Assembly: GCA_963776345.1 (NCBI GenBank)
Contig: CAVZMH010000022.1
Span: 1-64,000 of the forward strand
Reading direction: 5' to 3'
Origin: an uncultured delta proteobacterium
Lineage (GTDB): Bacteria > Myxococcota > Myxococcia > Myxococcales > Myxococcaceae
Length of the DNA: 64,000 nt
Shown here piece by piece: positions 22,543-32,837 of the stretch. Both the position numbers and the translations under genes were made by a program. How positions within the stretch are numbered: position 1 is the stretch's first letter; each line of letters starts with the position of its first letter. The notes beneath the pieces were generated by a model. It saw only the letters and a list, made by a program, of their open reading frames with translations, did not search any database and had not been told where the DNA came from.

Positions 22543-22996
22543 GTCCACCGTCCGTTCGGGTTTCGCCGGGCGGGAAGGGTCGTTGGAAAGCAAGGCGCTG
22601 TCACGGAATTTCACGGCTGGCGTGAGTTCCCCGCCTGCAGCGCTTCCGGCCTGTCCGACGAGACGTTCGGCGTCGTCGCAGCCCTCGTTCGTCGGCCGAA
22701 CGCCTGATCGCCCATCGGTCGCCGCGGGCCTTCCGCCCGCCCCCACGGCGCCCACTTCTGGTGAATCGACCTCGACCTGGCGTGTGATCCCGTGGTGGAG
22801 CGCTCCATCCGCGCAGATCCTGCAGACAGCGACCCGACGAGGGCAGACCTTGCGCCGCTGGATCGCGCCGGATCGCCTCGCGCAGCGGCGCGAGCTCGAG
22901 AGGTCCGGTTCTTGCTCGGCCGCCGCTGATGATTCCTTCGGGGGGCTCCTCCTTCGGTCGGGATCAGGATGACAACACCCTCGGAATGGGGGAGAG

Positions 22997-23012
22997 TGTC
23001 ATACAGATGACA
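22997..23012. promoter_or_regulatory. Perfect 6-4-6 inverted repeat TGTCAT-acag-ATGACA, candidate operator
   Basis: In the divergent Rieske/decaheme intergenic region, just upstream of the GGAGG RBS. Extra ATGACA half-site at 22969-22974. Confidence 0.5.
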
Positions 23013-23026
23013 TTTGGGAGGGTCTC

Positions 23027-25973
23027 ATGAAGATGCGCATCCCCCTCGCAGCACTGGCCATCGTCGCTCTCTCCCTGGGCTGTAGCGGGGAGCAGGGCCC
23101 GGCCGGCCCGGCCGGCCCGGCCGGTCCACAGGGCCCTGCTGGCCCCGGCGGCGATGCCGGACCCGGGGCCGTGGTCATCGTCCCGAGCAACTCCGTCCCC
23201 CCCACCGACGCCAGTTCCGCGGCCTGGGCAGCGCTTGCGCCCAAAGTGACCGTCCAGAGCGTCACCATCAGCAGCCCGCCCGTCGTGAAATTCACGGTGA
23301 CGGATGCCGCCGGTGCCCCGGTCGTGGGTCTGGGCAACACATCCAAGAGCAGCACGGCCACCGTCGCCGGTTACACGAACCTCGCCTTCGCCATGGCCAA
23401 GCTGGTGCCGAGCGCCAACGGGTCCCCCAGCAGGTGGGTCAGCTACATCGTGACGACGGTGCCGACGACGACCGCGGCCAGCGACCCCACCCGGCCGAGC
23501 ACCGACAACACCGGCACCCTGGTGGACAACGGCGACGGGACCTACGCGTACACGTTCTATCGGGACGTCACCAGATCAAGGCCACGGTGGCGGGGATGAC
23601 GCTCCGGCAACACCAACGCGGCCGACCTGGGCGATCTGACCTACGACTCGAGCCTGGTGCACCGGCTGACCATCCAGCTGGCGGGCAATGCGCCTGGCAC
23701 CGGCAGCAACACCCCCACCGGCGGTGACGAACGTCCCGGGCGTGCCGCTGCAGAACGCGGTGGACGCCATCTACGATTTCACTCCCTCCAACGGCCAGCG
23801 GTGACGACCTCGGGTCGGGACATGGTGACGACCACGAACTGCAATACCTGTCACCAGGTCCTCGGCGGCATTCCGGGCGACAACCCCGAGGCCTCCGGTG
23901 CGGGCTTCCACGGCGGAAGTCGCAACGAGGTCCGCTACTGCGTGGTCTGCCACACCGAGCAGCGCAAGTACGGCAGGACCGAGGCAACGCGTGACGCCGC
24001 GCTGAACTTCACCTCGACACGACCTACCGGTTCTACGACCGCGCGGTCGGCAACCTGCCCAACATGATCCACAAGACCCACGTGGCTTCGGTGATGGCGT
24101 ACAAGAACTACAACTACGCCGACGTGTTGTTCAACGAGGTCCTGTACCCGCAGGACATCCGGAACTGCAACAAGTGTCACGACGCCACGAATCCTACGAC
24201 CCCGGACGCCAAGAACTGCAGGAACGTTCCGAGCCGGCTGGCCTGCGGCGCGTGTCACGATGGAATCGACTTCGCGACCGGCCACGGCGTGACCATGGCC
24301 GACGCGTGGACGGGGCTGACCGAGACGACGCTCTACCACGGGCTTTGCACACGGGCGGGTCCACAGCCGGACGACTCGCACTGCCTCCAGTGCCACGGAC
24401 CGGACGTGACATCGACGCGGTACCACACCCCGGTGACGCCACCGAACCCCGGCAACGCGCTGCGTGCCTGGCGGGAACGCCAACACCAACGCGGCCTGGA
24501 TCGCCTCCAACCCCGCCCGGAAGCCGACCGGGGCGATCGCGGTCACCTACGACATCAAGAGCGTCTCGGTGAACGCGAGCAAGCAGCCCGGTCATCGTGT
24601 TCCGGATGCTGCAGGACGGTCAGCGGAAGGACCTCAACGACTTCGCGACCGCGACAGCCAATCCGGCGACAGGACAGAAGGAGATCTGGGACAACTTCAT
24701 GGGCGGGCCCAGCCTCTACTTCGTGTTCGCGGTGCCGCAGGACGGAGTGACGACCCCGGCGGACTTCAACGCCACCGCCAGCGGCTACCTGAGGACCATC
24801 TGGAACGGCAGCGCGACCGGTACCGGAGCGGGCACGCTGACGGGCCCCGACGCCGACGGCTACTACACGGGAACGCTCACCGGGGTGACCATTCCCGACG
24901 AGCGCGGTCATGCTCACCGGTGGCATCGGGTACTCGTACAGCCTCACCAGCACGCTGCCGCTGACCCAGACCAACCTCACGAAGTACCCTGTCACGGCAC
25001 CCACGGCGACCCGGTGGCCTGCGCCACGTCCACCACGAACGTCGTGCAAGGTGGGCGGCCTGATCGTCATCGCCCCCAACGTCAAGAAGGTCGCGACCGG
25101 GTACACTGGCCGGCGGGCCATCGTCGAGGACGCGCGCTGCAACGCTTGCCACCAGGAGCTCGGCACGTTCACCGAGGACGCCTTCCACGCCGGACAGCGG
25201 AACGACGGGACCACCTGCTCGTGGTGCCACACGCCGAACCGTGCCAGCGGCGGCTGGTCGGCGGACTCCGTCTACTTCGTGCACGCCATTCACGCGGGTG
25301 CGAAGCGGAGCACCAAGTTCACCTGGGACGCCGCGACCGCGACCTCGTCCTTCAAGGACGTCGCGTATCCGGGAGTCCTGAACTTCTGCGAAGGGTGCCA
25401 CATCCCGGGCGGCTACGTCAACTTCAGAACTTCGCCTCGGACGCCGCCATGGCGAACCGGCTCTACCGGACGGTCGCCACCGGCTCCTTCAGCGGCAACG
25501 TGGGCGATACGATCACCAACTACTCGCGGTCGCGACCTGCACCACTCAGACCCAGTCGTCGCGCGGCGACTGCCGTGGGCGTGCACACGCTCTCTCCATA
25601 CTTCCCGCCCACCGCGAATCGGGACGTCCGACGCCCAACTACGGCGTTAATCCACAGCTTCTACAATGCCGGGTTGCCACGTCACGCCGAACGCGGCGTG
25701 CACGCCGGACGGCACTCGTACACGATCCCGGCCGGGAAGACCTTGATGGACGTCCCGACGGCGAATGCGGCCTATCAAAAGAACCTGGTGAACTCGCCCG
25801 TCGCCGGGATGTGCTTCGCCTGCCACGACACGTCGGCCGCCATGGCGCACTTCGAGCTCAACGGCGGCTCGCTCTACACGGCACGCAGCACCGCGCTGAA
25901 CACGACCGAGACCTGCCTGATCTGCCACGGCAGCGGCCGGATCGCGGACATCGCGGAAGTGCACTCGCACTAG
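23027..25973 (+). CDS. OmcA/MtrC-family decaheme lipoprotein 1, broken by multiple frameshifts in this sequence
   Basis: Lipobox LSLGC, collagen-like GPA linker, GTLVDNGDGTYAYTF. Ten CxxCH across frames in a 5+5 layout: CNTCH, CVVCH, CNKCH, CGACH, CLQCH, CNACH, CSWCH, CEGCH, CFACH, CLICH. Confidence 0.88.
23095..23150 (+). repeat. Gly-Pro-X collagen-like tandem repeat (GGCCCGGCC units)
   Basis: GPAGPAGPAGPQGPAGPG directly after the lipidated Cys. Confidence 0.8.
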
Positions 25974-26180
25974 CTGAATCGAAGCGGTTCAGTGGCGGCG
26001 CTGGAGCACGTTGCACCGTTCTCCAGCGCCGCCGCGCCGTACCCAGGCGGTGGCGATTCGGAGCACCATGAACGGACTTGCGTCGTCCGAGCCCGAGGAA
26101 TTCTCACCCCGGCAGAGGGACCGGGAGGTAGAGTTCCTCATGGTCGCGGGGCCCGAGGGGGCCGGCGCGGGGGAACGGCG

Positions 26181-28722
26181 ATGAGGTTCGCGCGGTCGCT
26201 GTTGGGAGTGGTGGTGGTCCTCGGCCTCGGGTGCCTGGGCGATCGAGGACCGCAGGGACCTGCGGGCGAGCCAGGACCCGCGGGCCCCGCCGGCGGCGGC
26301 GGCGACGCCGGTCCTACGTCGTGCGCGGGACCCATCGCCGTGGACCTCGGCCTGTCGAGCCCGCTCAACGGCCAGTTCTTCACCGCGGGGGAGCGGGCCG
26401 TGGTGACCATCACCTTCGTCGATTCCTGCGGACAAAAGATCCCTCCCGCCAACCTCGGCTCCACTGCCGACTTCTTCGTCGTGGGGCCCCGTTCACCCCT
26501 CCAGACGGTCACGGCGTACAACCTCCTGAACTCCACGCCGGGGCCGTTCACTGCCCAGGGGCTCAAACCGCTCGCGGACGGCGGCGTTCCGAACCCGAAC
26601 ATGACCGTCCAGCCGGATGGGACGGTGGTCTACACGCTGAACCCCATCACCACCGAGGCGCCGGGCACGTACACCGCCTCGGTCTGGGCAATCGGCCCCG
26701 ACCCGCTCAACCAGATGTTCGCCCTCAAGGACTTCCAGATCGGGACTTCCACCGTCGAGCAATACGCGAGCGGACCGGCGGAGGACTCGAGCTGCGCGAG
26801 CTGCCACCGGAACGCCGCCCCGGGCGGCAAGACGTACATGGCGCACATCGCCCCGGGCTTCTCACCGGTGGGCAACTACGCGCTCGACTCGCTCCCCATC
26901 GGCAGCTGCAAGGCCTGCCACAACAACGCCGGGTACAGCCCCAATCCCTTGCTGCGCAAGGTCCACGGGGTCCACCGCGGCGAGCACCAGCTTGCCCCGG
27001 GCGCTGCGCACCCGGAATACGGCTTCGGCACGGACACCTCGCTCCCCGCCTTCCTCAACGTCGGCTTCCCGGCGATGCCCACCGGTGGAACGCCAGGCGT
27101 GGCGCTGCCCGCCTCGGTGGCGATGGAGAAGAGCTGCACCAGCTGCCACGTCGACGACGTGTGGAAGACCAAGGCCTCCCGCGCGGCCTGCGGGACCTGC
27201 CATGACAACGTCTTCTTCTCCGGAACGCTCCTGCCGGATGGAGGGGTCGACCCGGGCGCGACCACCGCCGCCATCACCCCGCCAACGGTGCTCGGGTTCC
27301 CCACCGGGACCACCGGCTGCACCAACGATGCGAGCTGCAGCGCCCTGAGCTCCATCGCCACGTGCAACACCACCACCAAGAACTGCGAGCTGACCTACCA
27401 CGCGAGGCAGGACGACGATGCGCAGTGCTCGACCTGTCATGCGGCGAGCAGCGTCGTCTCTCCGGTCACCCTGGCGCACCAGATCGCCCCCTACGACCCG
27501 CCGGTCAGCCTCGAGGGCTACACGTTCCAGAACGTCACCGTCACCGGGGGCACCGGGCCGAGCGGCAGCTTCCAGGTGGGCGACACACCGGTCCTCAGCT
27601 TCCAGCTCTTCGACAACCAGTACCAGCCCGTGGCCGACCTCGCGACCAGTGCCGCCTGGGCGGGCACCTTCCTCGTCGCCGGCCCCACCAGCAACCCCCA
27701 GCGCGTCTACGGAGCCGGGTCGGGTGGCCTGAACATGAAGACCCCGGCGCAGGGAACGCTCGCCTACAACGCCGGCACCCAGACCTATACGTACACGCCC
27801 GCCGCCACCTGGCCGGCGAGCTCCATCGCGCCGCTGAACAACCCGGGGGCCGGGACCCAGACCAATCCCAGCGGCAGCTACACCGTCTGGTTCTACTGGG
27901 CGAAGACCACCAGCGGGGTCCGTGACGCGGTGGATGCCCAGAAGGTCGTTGCCTTCGGCGGCGCCGTCCCACTCCAGGCCCGCCAGGTCGTCACCCAGGG
28001 GGCATGCGCCTCGTGCCATGGTCAGACGGCCGGTGGCTTCCCGCACCTCGCCCTCCACGGTGGACAGCGGAAGAACGGCGAGACCTGCAGCACCTGCCAC
28101 ACCCAGAATGCCTTCGACCGGGTGGTGGGAGCGACCGGAGCGGCCTGCACCACCAGCGCCCAGTGCGCGGGCAACGCCGCGGGGTGGGAGGCCTGCGTGG
28201 CCAACGTCTGCACCGTGACCGTGGACCCGACCCCGGGCGTCACCGTCGACTATCAGCGACTGGTGCACAGCATCCACTTCGCGCGGCTGCGCGAGGGCTA
28301 CGTCGAGCGCAACAACCTGGTCGATCCGGGGACGCTGCAGTACCTGGGCTTCAACAACAGCCTGCTCGAGCTTCCAGGAGATCCTCTCGCCGGTCGACGT
28401 CCGGTCGTGCACCAACTGCCACCAGGACACCAATGCGACCTGCTCGTCGAGCGCGCCCTGCGGCTACGGCCAGAGCTGCGCGTCTCCGGCAAGTGCGTCA
28501 ACATCGCCTGGCAGACTCCCACCGCGCGGGCCTGCATCACCTGCCATGACTCGGGCGCGGCCGCCGAGCACGCCCAGGCCAACACCGCCAACCTGAACGG
28601 CACCCTCGTGGAGACGTGCGAGCTCTGCCACGGCCCGGACCGGCCCTACTCGGTGGCCGCGGAGCACAACATCACCTCCCAGTACAGCCAGCCACCTGGC
28701 CTACCCACGCGAGAAGGAATAG
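26181..28722 (+). CDS. OmcA/MtrC-like decaheme lipoprotein 2 with cysteine-rich inserts (frameshifts near 28370, 28480, 28695)
   Basis: Lipobox LGLGC and GPQGPAGEPGPAGPAG linker. Ten CxxCH: CASCH, CKACH, CTSCH, CGTCH, CSTCH, CASCH, CSTCH, CTNCH (shifted frame), CITCH, CELCH. Stop inferred at TAG 28720-28722. Confidence 0.85.
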
Positions 28723-28761
28723 CCGCCCTCGGACCGCAGCCGAACGGAGCGTCACCGGATC

Positions 28762-30043
28762 ATGAACCGAGAGATCTTCGGTCACATCGCTGGGGCTGGC
28801 ACGCGGTGGGCGACTCTCGCGCTGCTCCTGACCGCCTGGGTGCCGGTGGCGGAGGCCCAGGTCATCGACGCCAGCTCGACGACGATGCTGCGCCTCAAGC
28901 CGGAGTGGAAGGCCGGGGACACCCAGACTGGCTTCTGGGGCACGGAGCTGGTGGGCCTCTCGGTGCGAGGCATCGAGGTGGCCGGGGTCGACGACTTCCG
29001 TATCCAGCTCTCCGCCTGGGGACAGCTCGCCTCGATCGGCGACTCGATCTACTCCGGCACCACCGGCGACATCGATCTCCTCTACGTCCAGGGGTCGCTG
29101 TTCAATCGGCATCTCAGCCTGACGATCGGAAGGCAGCTCGTCTCCGGAGGGGCGGCCCGGATGCTCCAGCTGGATGGGGTGAACGCCACCGTCGCCATCA
29201 CCAGGGCCTTCGGGGTCACCGCCTTCGCGGGCGCCCCCACGGTCTCCCGCTTCAACTATCCGGTCGGGGAGTTCGCCTTCGGGGGGAGGGCCTACTGGAG
29301 GCCCACCTTCGGGACCGAGCTGGGAGTCTCCTTCCTCGAGATCCTGAGCGGCGGCGTCCTCTCCAGGCAGGACGTGGGGAGTGGACGGACGCTGGGCGAT
29401 CCTCTCCAACCTGTCGGCCACGGCCTCGGGCATCCTGAGCGTCCAGGAAGCCCGCTTCGCGGACGCCGATCTCACCGTCCACTGGCAGATCCTTCCCACC
29501 CTCGAGGTCTTCGCCAAGGGAGAGCATACCTCGCCGGACCTCTTCCTCCCCATGACCTCCATCTTCACCGTGTTCGCCAACACCAACCGCGACGCGGCGG
29601 GAGGAGGGGTGTTCTGGCAGGCGCTCCCGCGCCTCTCGTTCTACGGCGAGTACAACAGGCTCTGGGTGGACGGTGGGAACGGCGATGAAGCCGAGCTGCG
29701 GGCCACCTACCGGCTCGCACGCAAGTCGACCATCGGGGTGAACGCCCGGTTCCTCTTCGTCCCGGTCAACGGAGCGACCGAGCTGCGCGCCTGGATCCTC
29801 CATTCCTTGACCGACCGGATCAAGCTGGCCGCCGATGTGGAGGGAACGCTGCTGCAGAACGCGATCAACCTGAAGGGAGAGTCCATCGTGGGGACGGGCA
29901 GCGCGAGCTGGGCGATCGGCTCGGGATGGAGCGCGCTGCTCAGTGGCTCCGTCGGGACCACGCCCTTCTTCCAGACCGCCTACACGCTCACCGCCCGGCT
30001 CGGGTACAACTTCCTGAGCTCGGACAAGGGAGCGAGTCGATGA
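28762..30043 (+). CDS. Outer-membrane beta-barrel porin of a porin-cytochrome conduit (one frameshift near 29380)
   Basis: Signal peptide ending AEA-Q, alternating amphipathic strands throughout, C-terminal ARLGYNF-like strand. Lies between multiheme genes; ORFs 28762..29688 and 29381..30043 join. Confidence 0.78.
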
Positions 30044-31101
30044 CCTGGCGGGCCCTCGGCGCGCGCGGTTCGGTGGTGGCCATCCTGCTCCTGGGCTGGG
30101 TCGGGTCCGCCGAGGCTGGCGAGGCGATCACCATCGACCCCAACCATGCCGGCCACATCAAGGCCGGCCTGGAGTGTCTCACCTGCCACGAGACCATCTT
30201 CGACGAGACGGCGCTGGGGCAGCCCGGGGCTTTCCCCAAGGAGGCCAAGTGCCTCTCCTGCCACAAGAAGGAGAAGGAAGCGGGCAAGTGCGGGATGTGC
30301 CACCTGCAGGCGGACAAGCCAGGCACCTACGTCAAGAAGGCGCCTTACCTCTTCATGAACCACGCCAAGCACCTCGAGAAGGACGAGAAGTGCGAGGTCT
30401 GCCACCAGACGCTCCCGGCGCGTGGCCAGCTGGAGAAGCCGGTTCCTCCCATGAAGACCTGCCTGGGGTGTCACAACCACCAGGACCAGTTCTCCAGCGG
30501 CCAGTGCTACGCCTGCCATCTGGATCTGACTCACTTCCCGCTCAGGCCCACCACCGCCTTCAGCCACCAGGGAAACTTCACCCGCCTCCACCCCTCCATC
30601 GCCCGATCGACCTCCGCGGCCTGTGACACCTGCCACGAGCAGAGCTTCTGCGCGGACTGCCACGCCGCGAGGACCCGTCCGATGAGGATCGAGGAGATCA
30701 CGCCGGAGCGGGTGGACCGGAACTTCATCCACTGGGGCGACTTCCTCACCCGTCACTCGATCGAGGCGCGTGGGAACCAGGCGGCCTGCCAGAAGTGCCA
30801 CCAGGTCACCTTCTGCACGGACTGCCACCGCAAGCAGAGGCTGACGTCCGACTCGGACAACCCGCTCAATCCGCACCCCGGCGGCTGGCTCACGCCCGGA
30901 AGCCCCAGCTTCCACGGCTCGGCCGCGCGGCGCGACATCGTGAGCTGCGCCGGCTGCCATGACCAGGGGGCCCAGTCCAACTGCGTGAGCTGCCATCGCG
31001 TCGGCGGTCCGGGCGGCGACCCCCACCCACCGGACTGGACCGGCCGGCACCCACCCTCCGAGATCAACCGCAACTCCATGTGCCTGTCATGTCATCAATA
31101 G
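30040..31101 (+). CDS. Periplasmic 13-heme c-type cytochrome
   Basis: Signal peptide ending AEA. Thirteen CxxCH, including doublets CDTCHEQSFCADCH and CQKCHQVTFCTDCH. ATGA overlap with the porin. Confidence 0.92.
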   Translation: MTWRALGARGSVVAILLLGWVGSAEAGEAITIDPNHAGHIKAGLECLTCHETIFDETALGQPGAFPKEAKCLSCHKKEKEAGKCGMCHLQADKPGTYVKKAPYLFMNHAKHLEKDEKCEVCHQTLPARGQLEKPVPPMKTCLGCHNHQDQFSSGQCYACHLDLTHFPLRPTTAFSHQGNFTRLHPSIARSTSAACDTCHEQSFCADCHAARTRPMRIEEITPERVDRNFIHWGDFLTRHSIEARGNQAACQKCHQVTFCTDCHRKQRLTSDSDNPLNPHPGGWLTPGSPSFHGSAARRDIVSCAGCHDQGAQSNCVSCHRVGGPGGDPHPPDWTGRHPPSEINRNSMCLSCHQ

Positions 31102-32735
31102 ACGGCCCGACGCGAAGGCAGGTCGCGCTGCTGGCGGCGGTCCTGGCCCTGACCGCCTGCGAGGGGCGTCCCCAGAACCTGGGACAGGCCAAGTGCGACG
31201 ACAGCTACGCCCAGGGCGTGGGACCGGTGCTGCAGTCACGCTGCGCCTCCTGCCACTCCGCCGCCCTGTCCGAGGGCGACTACCGGGTGGACAGCTACCA
31301 GGCGGCCATCGCCCGCCGGCCGGACGGGACGCCGCGGGTCCGTTCCGGGGACGACAGCTCGCTCCTGCTCCTGGCCGCGCGGGGGACGCTGCCCGGCGGC
31401 CACGTGGCCATCCCCCAGAACGAGATCTCCGAGCTCCAGAGCTGGGTGGTCCAGTGCGCGCTCAAGCCCCAGGCCTACACCGTGCACATCAACGGCTGGA
31501 TGGACCCGGGAAACACCGACCAGTTCCATGGACGCGTGCTGCGGCAGGCCGTCTACGACCTGACCGGCTGCAAGGCGTGCCACGGGGAGGATCTGGCCGG
31601 CGGCACGGTCGGCGTCGCCTGCCAGAGCTGCCACGTCTCCGGGGTGATGGCGTGCAACATGTGCCACGGGAACACGGCGAACGCGGCTCCGCCCCGGAAC
31701 CTGGACTACCTCTCCGCCACCTCGCTGGTGACGGTGGGCGCGCACCAGTCTCACGTCACCGACGGTCCGATGCACACGGCCTTCTCCTGCGAGGTGTGCC
31801 ACAAGACCCCCACCAAGCCGGCGGACGAGGGCCACTACCAGACGGGAGGCAAGCTCCTGACGGGGCCTGCGCCGGTGATCGTCCAGAGCGGCCCCGCGGG
31901 CGCCTTCTCCTGGGACCGGGCGAACGCCACCTGCACCAACAGCTACTGCCACGCGCCCATCCAGGACGCCAATGCCTCCCCCATCAACCCGGTCTGGACC
32001 GCGGTGGGTCAGGGCCAGGCACCCTGCGGCAGCTGCCACGGGAACCCTCCGGCGGGGCATGGACCGGAGACGCGCTGCGACACCTGTCACCGCCCGACCT
32101 TCGTGAATGGGCAACCGAGCTCGGCCCTTCACGCCAACGGCCAGATCGATCTGGCGGCGCCCACCGGCAGCTGCGTGGGATGCCACGGGAGCGGCGACAA
32201 CCCGGCGCCTCCCATCGATCTCCTCGGTCGCTCCGACCCGGCCCTGCAGACGGTGGGAGCGCACCGGGAGCACCTGGGCGCGCTGCACAAGGTCTCCGCG
32301 CCGGTGGCCTGCAAGGAGTGCCATCTCGTGCCCACGGCGATCTCCAGCCCGGGCCACATCGACACGGCCGCGCCCGCCGAGGTCTTCCCGCCAGGGGCGG
32401 GCGTGCTGGCGGTGGCGGACGGCGCCCAGGCCTCCTACGACCACGACCGCCGCGACCTGCACCGCGTACTGCCACGGGTCGGGGGCGCGTCTGACGCAGG
32501 ACACCTCTCCCAGCGTCAATCGCACGCCGGTCTGGAACGGCGGCTCGGGGCAGGCGGCATGCGGAAGCTGCCACGGGATTCCGCCGAAGGTGCCGGGGAC
32601 CACGTACCACGTCGGCGTGACCAGCATCACCCAGTGCGCGGCCTGCCACCCGATTCCGTCACCCCGGAAGGGAACATCAAGGTGGATGCCTCCGGCAACT
32701 CCACCCACCTGAACGGCATCGTCGACGCGCCCTGA
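31089..32735 (+). CDS. Multiheme lipoprotein cytochrome with CxxxxCH/CxxCH domains (compensated frameshift about 32450-32652)
   Basis: Lipobox LTAC and an N-terminal planctomycete-cytochrome-like domain. Eleven CxxCH plus CTNSYCH and CTAYCH; duplicated APP...VGAH module. Confidence 0.87.
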   Translation: MSSIDGPTRRQVALLAAVLALTACEGRPQNLGQAKCDDSYAQGVGPVLQSRCASCHSAALSEGDYRVDSYQAAIARRPDGTPRVRSGDDSSLLLLAARGTLPGGHVAIPQNEISELQSWVVQCALKPQAYTVHINGWMDPGNTDQFHGRVLRQAVYDLTGCKACHGEDLAGGTVGVACQSCHVSGVMACNMCHGNTANAAPPRNLDYLSATSLVTVGAHQSHVTDGPMHTAFSCEVCHKTPTKPADEGHYQTGGKLLTGPAPVIVQSGPAGAFSWDRANATCTNSYCHAPIQDANASPINPVWTAVGQGQAPCGSCHGNPPAGHGPETRCDTCHRPTFVNGQPSSALHANGQIDLAAPTGSCVGCHGSGDNPAPPIDLLGRSDPALQTVGAHREHLGALHKVSAPVACKECHLVPTAISSPGHIDTAAPAEVFPPGAGVLAVADGAQASYDHDRRDLHRVLPRVGGASDAGHLSQRQSHAGLERRLGAGGMRKLPRDSAEGAGDHVPRRRDQHHPVRGLPPDSVTPEGNIKVDASGNSTHLNGIVDAP

Positions 32736-32837
32736 GCGCTGCAGGCAGGCGCCCACCTCCGGGGGCACCTTCTCTTCGCCGGCCCCCCTGGTTGACCTGC
32801 CGGGACGGGTCGGTGAAATGGAGATCGCGGAGGTGGC

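Noticed and set aside
25992..29438. Apparent 1148 aa cytochrome extending over the porin gene
   Set aside because: The upstream extension precedes the lipoprotein signal, and the tail after about 28700 is off-frame over the porin, probably due to an indel
23560..32660. Programmed ribosomal frameshifting as the cause of the broken cytochrome genes
   Set aside because: The shifts are numerous, some are mutually compensating, and I saw no consistent slippery sites; sequencing indels are more parsimonious
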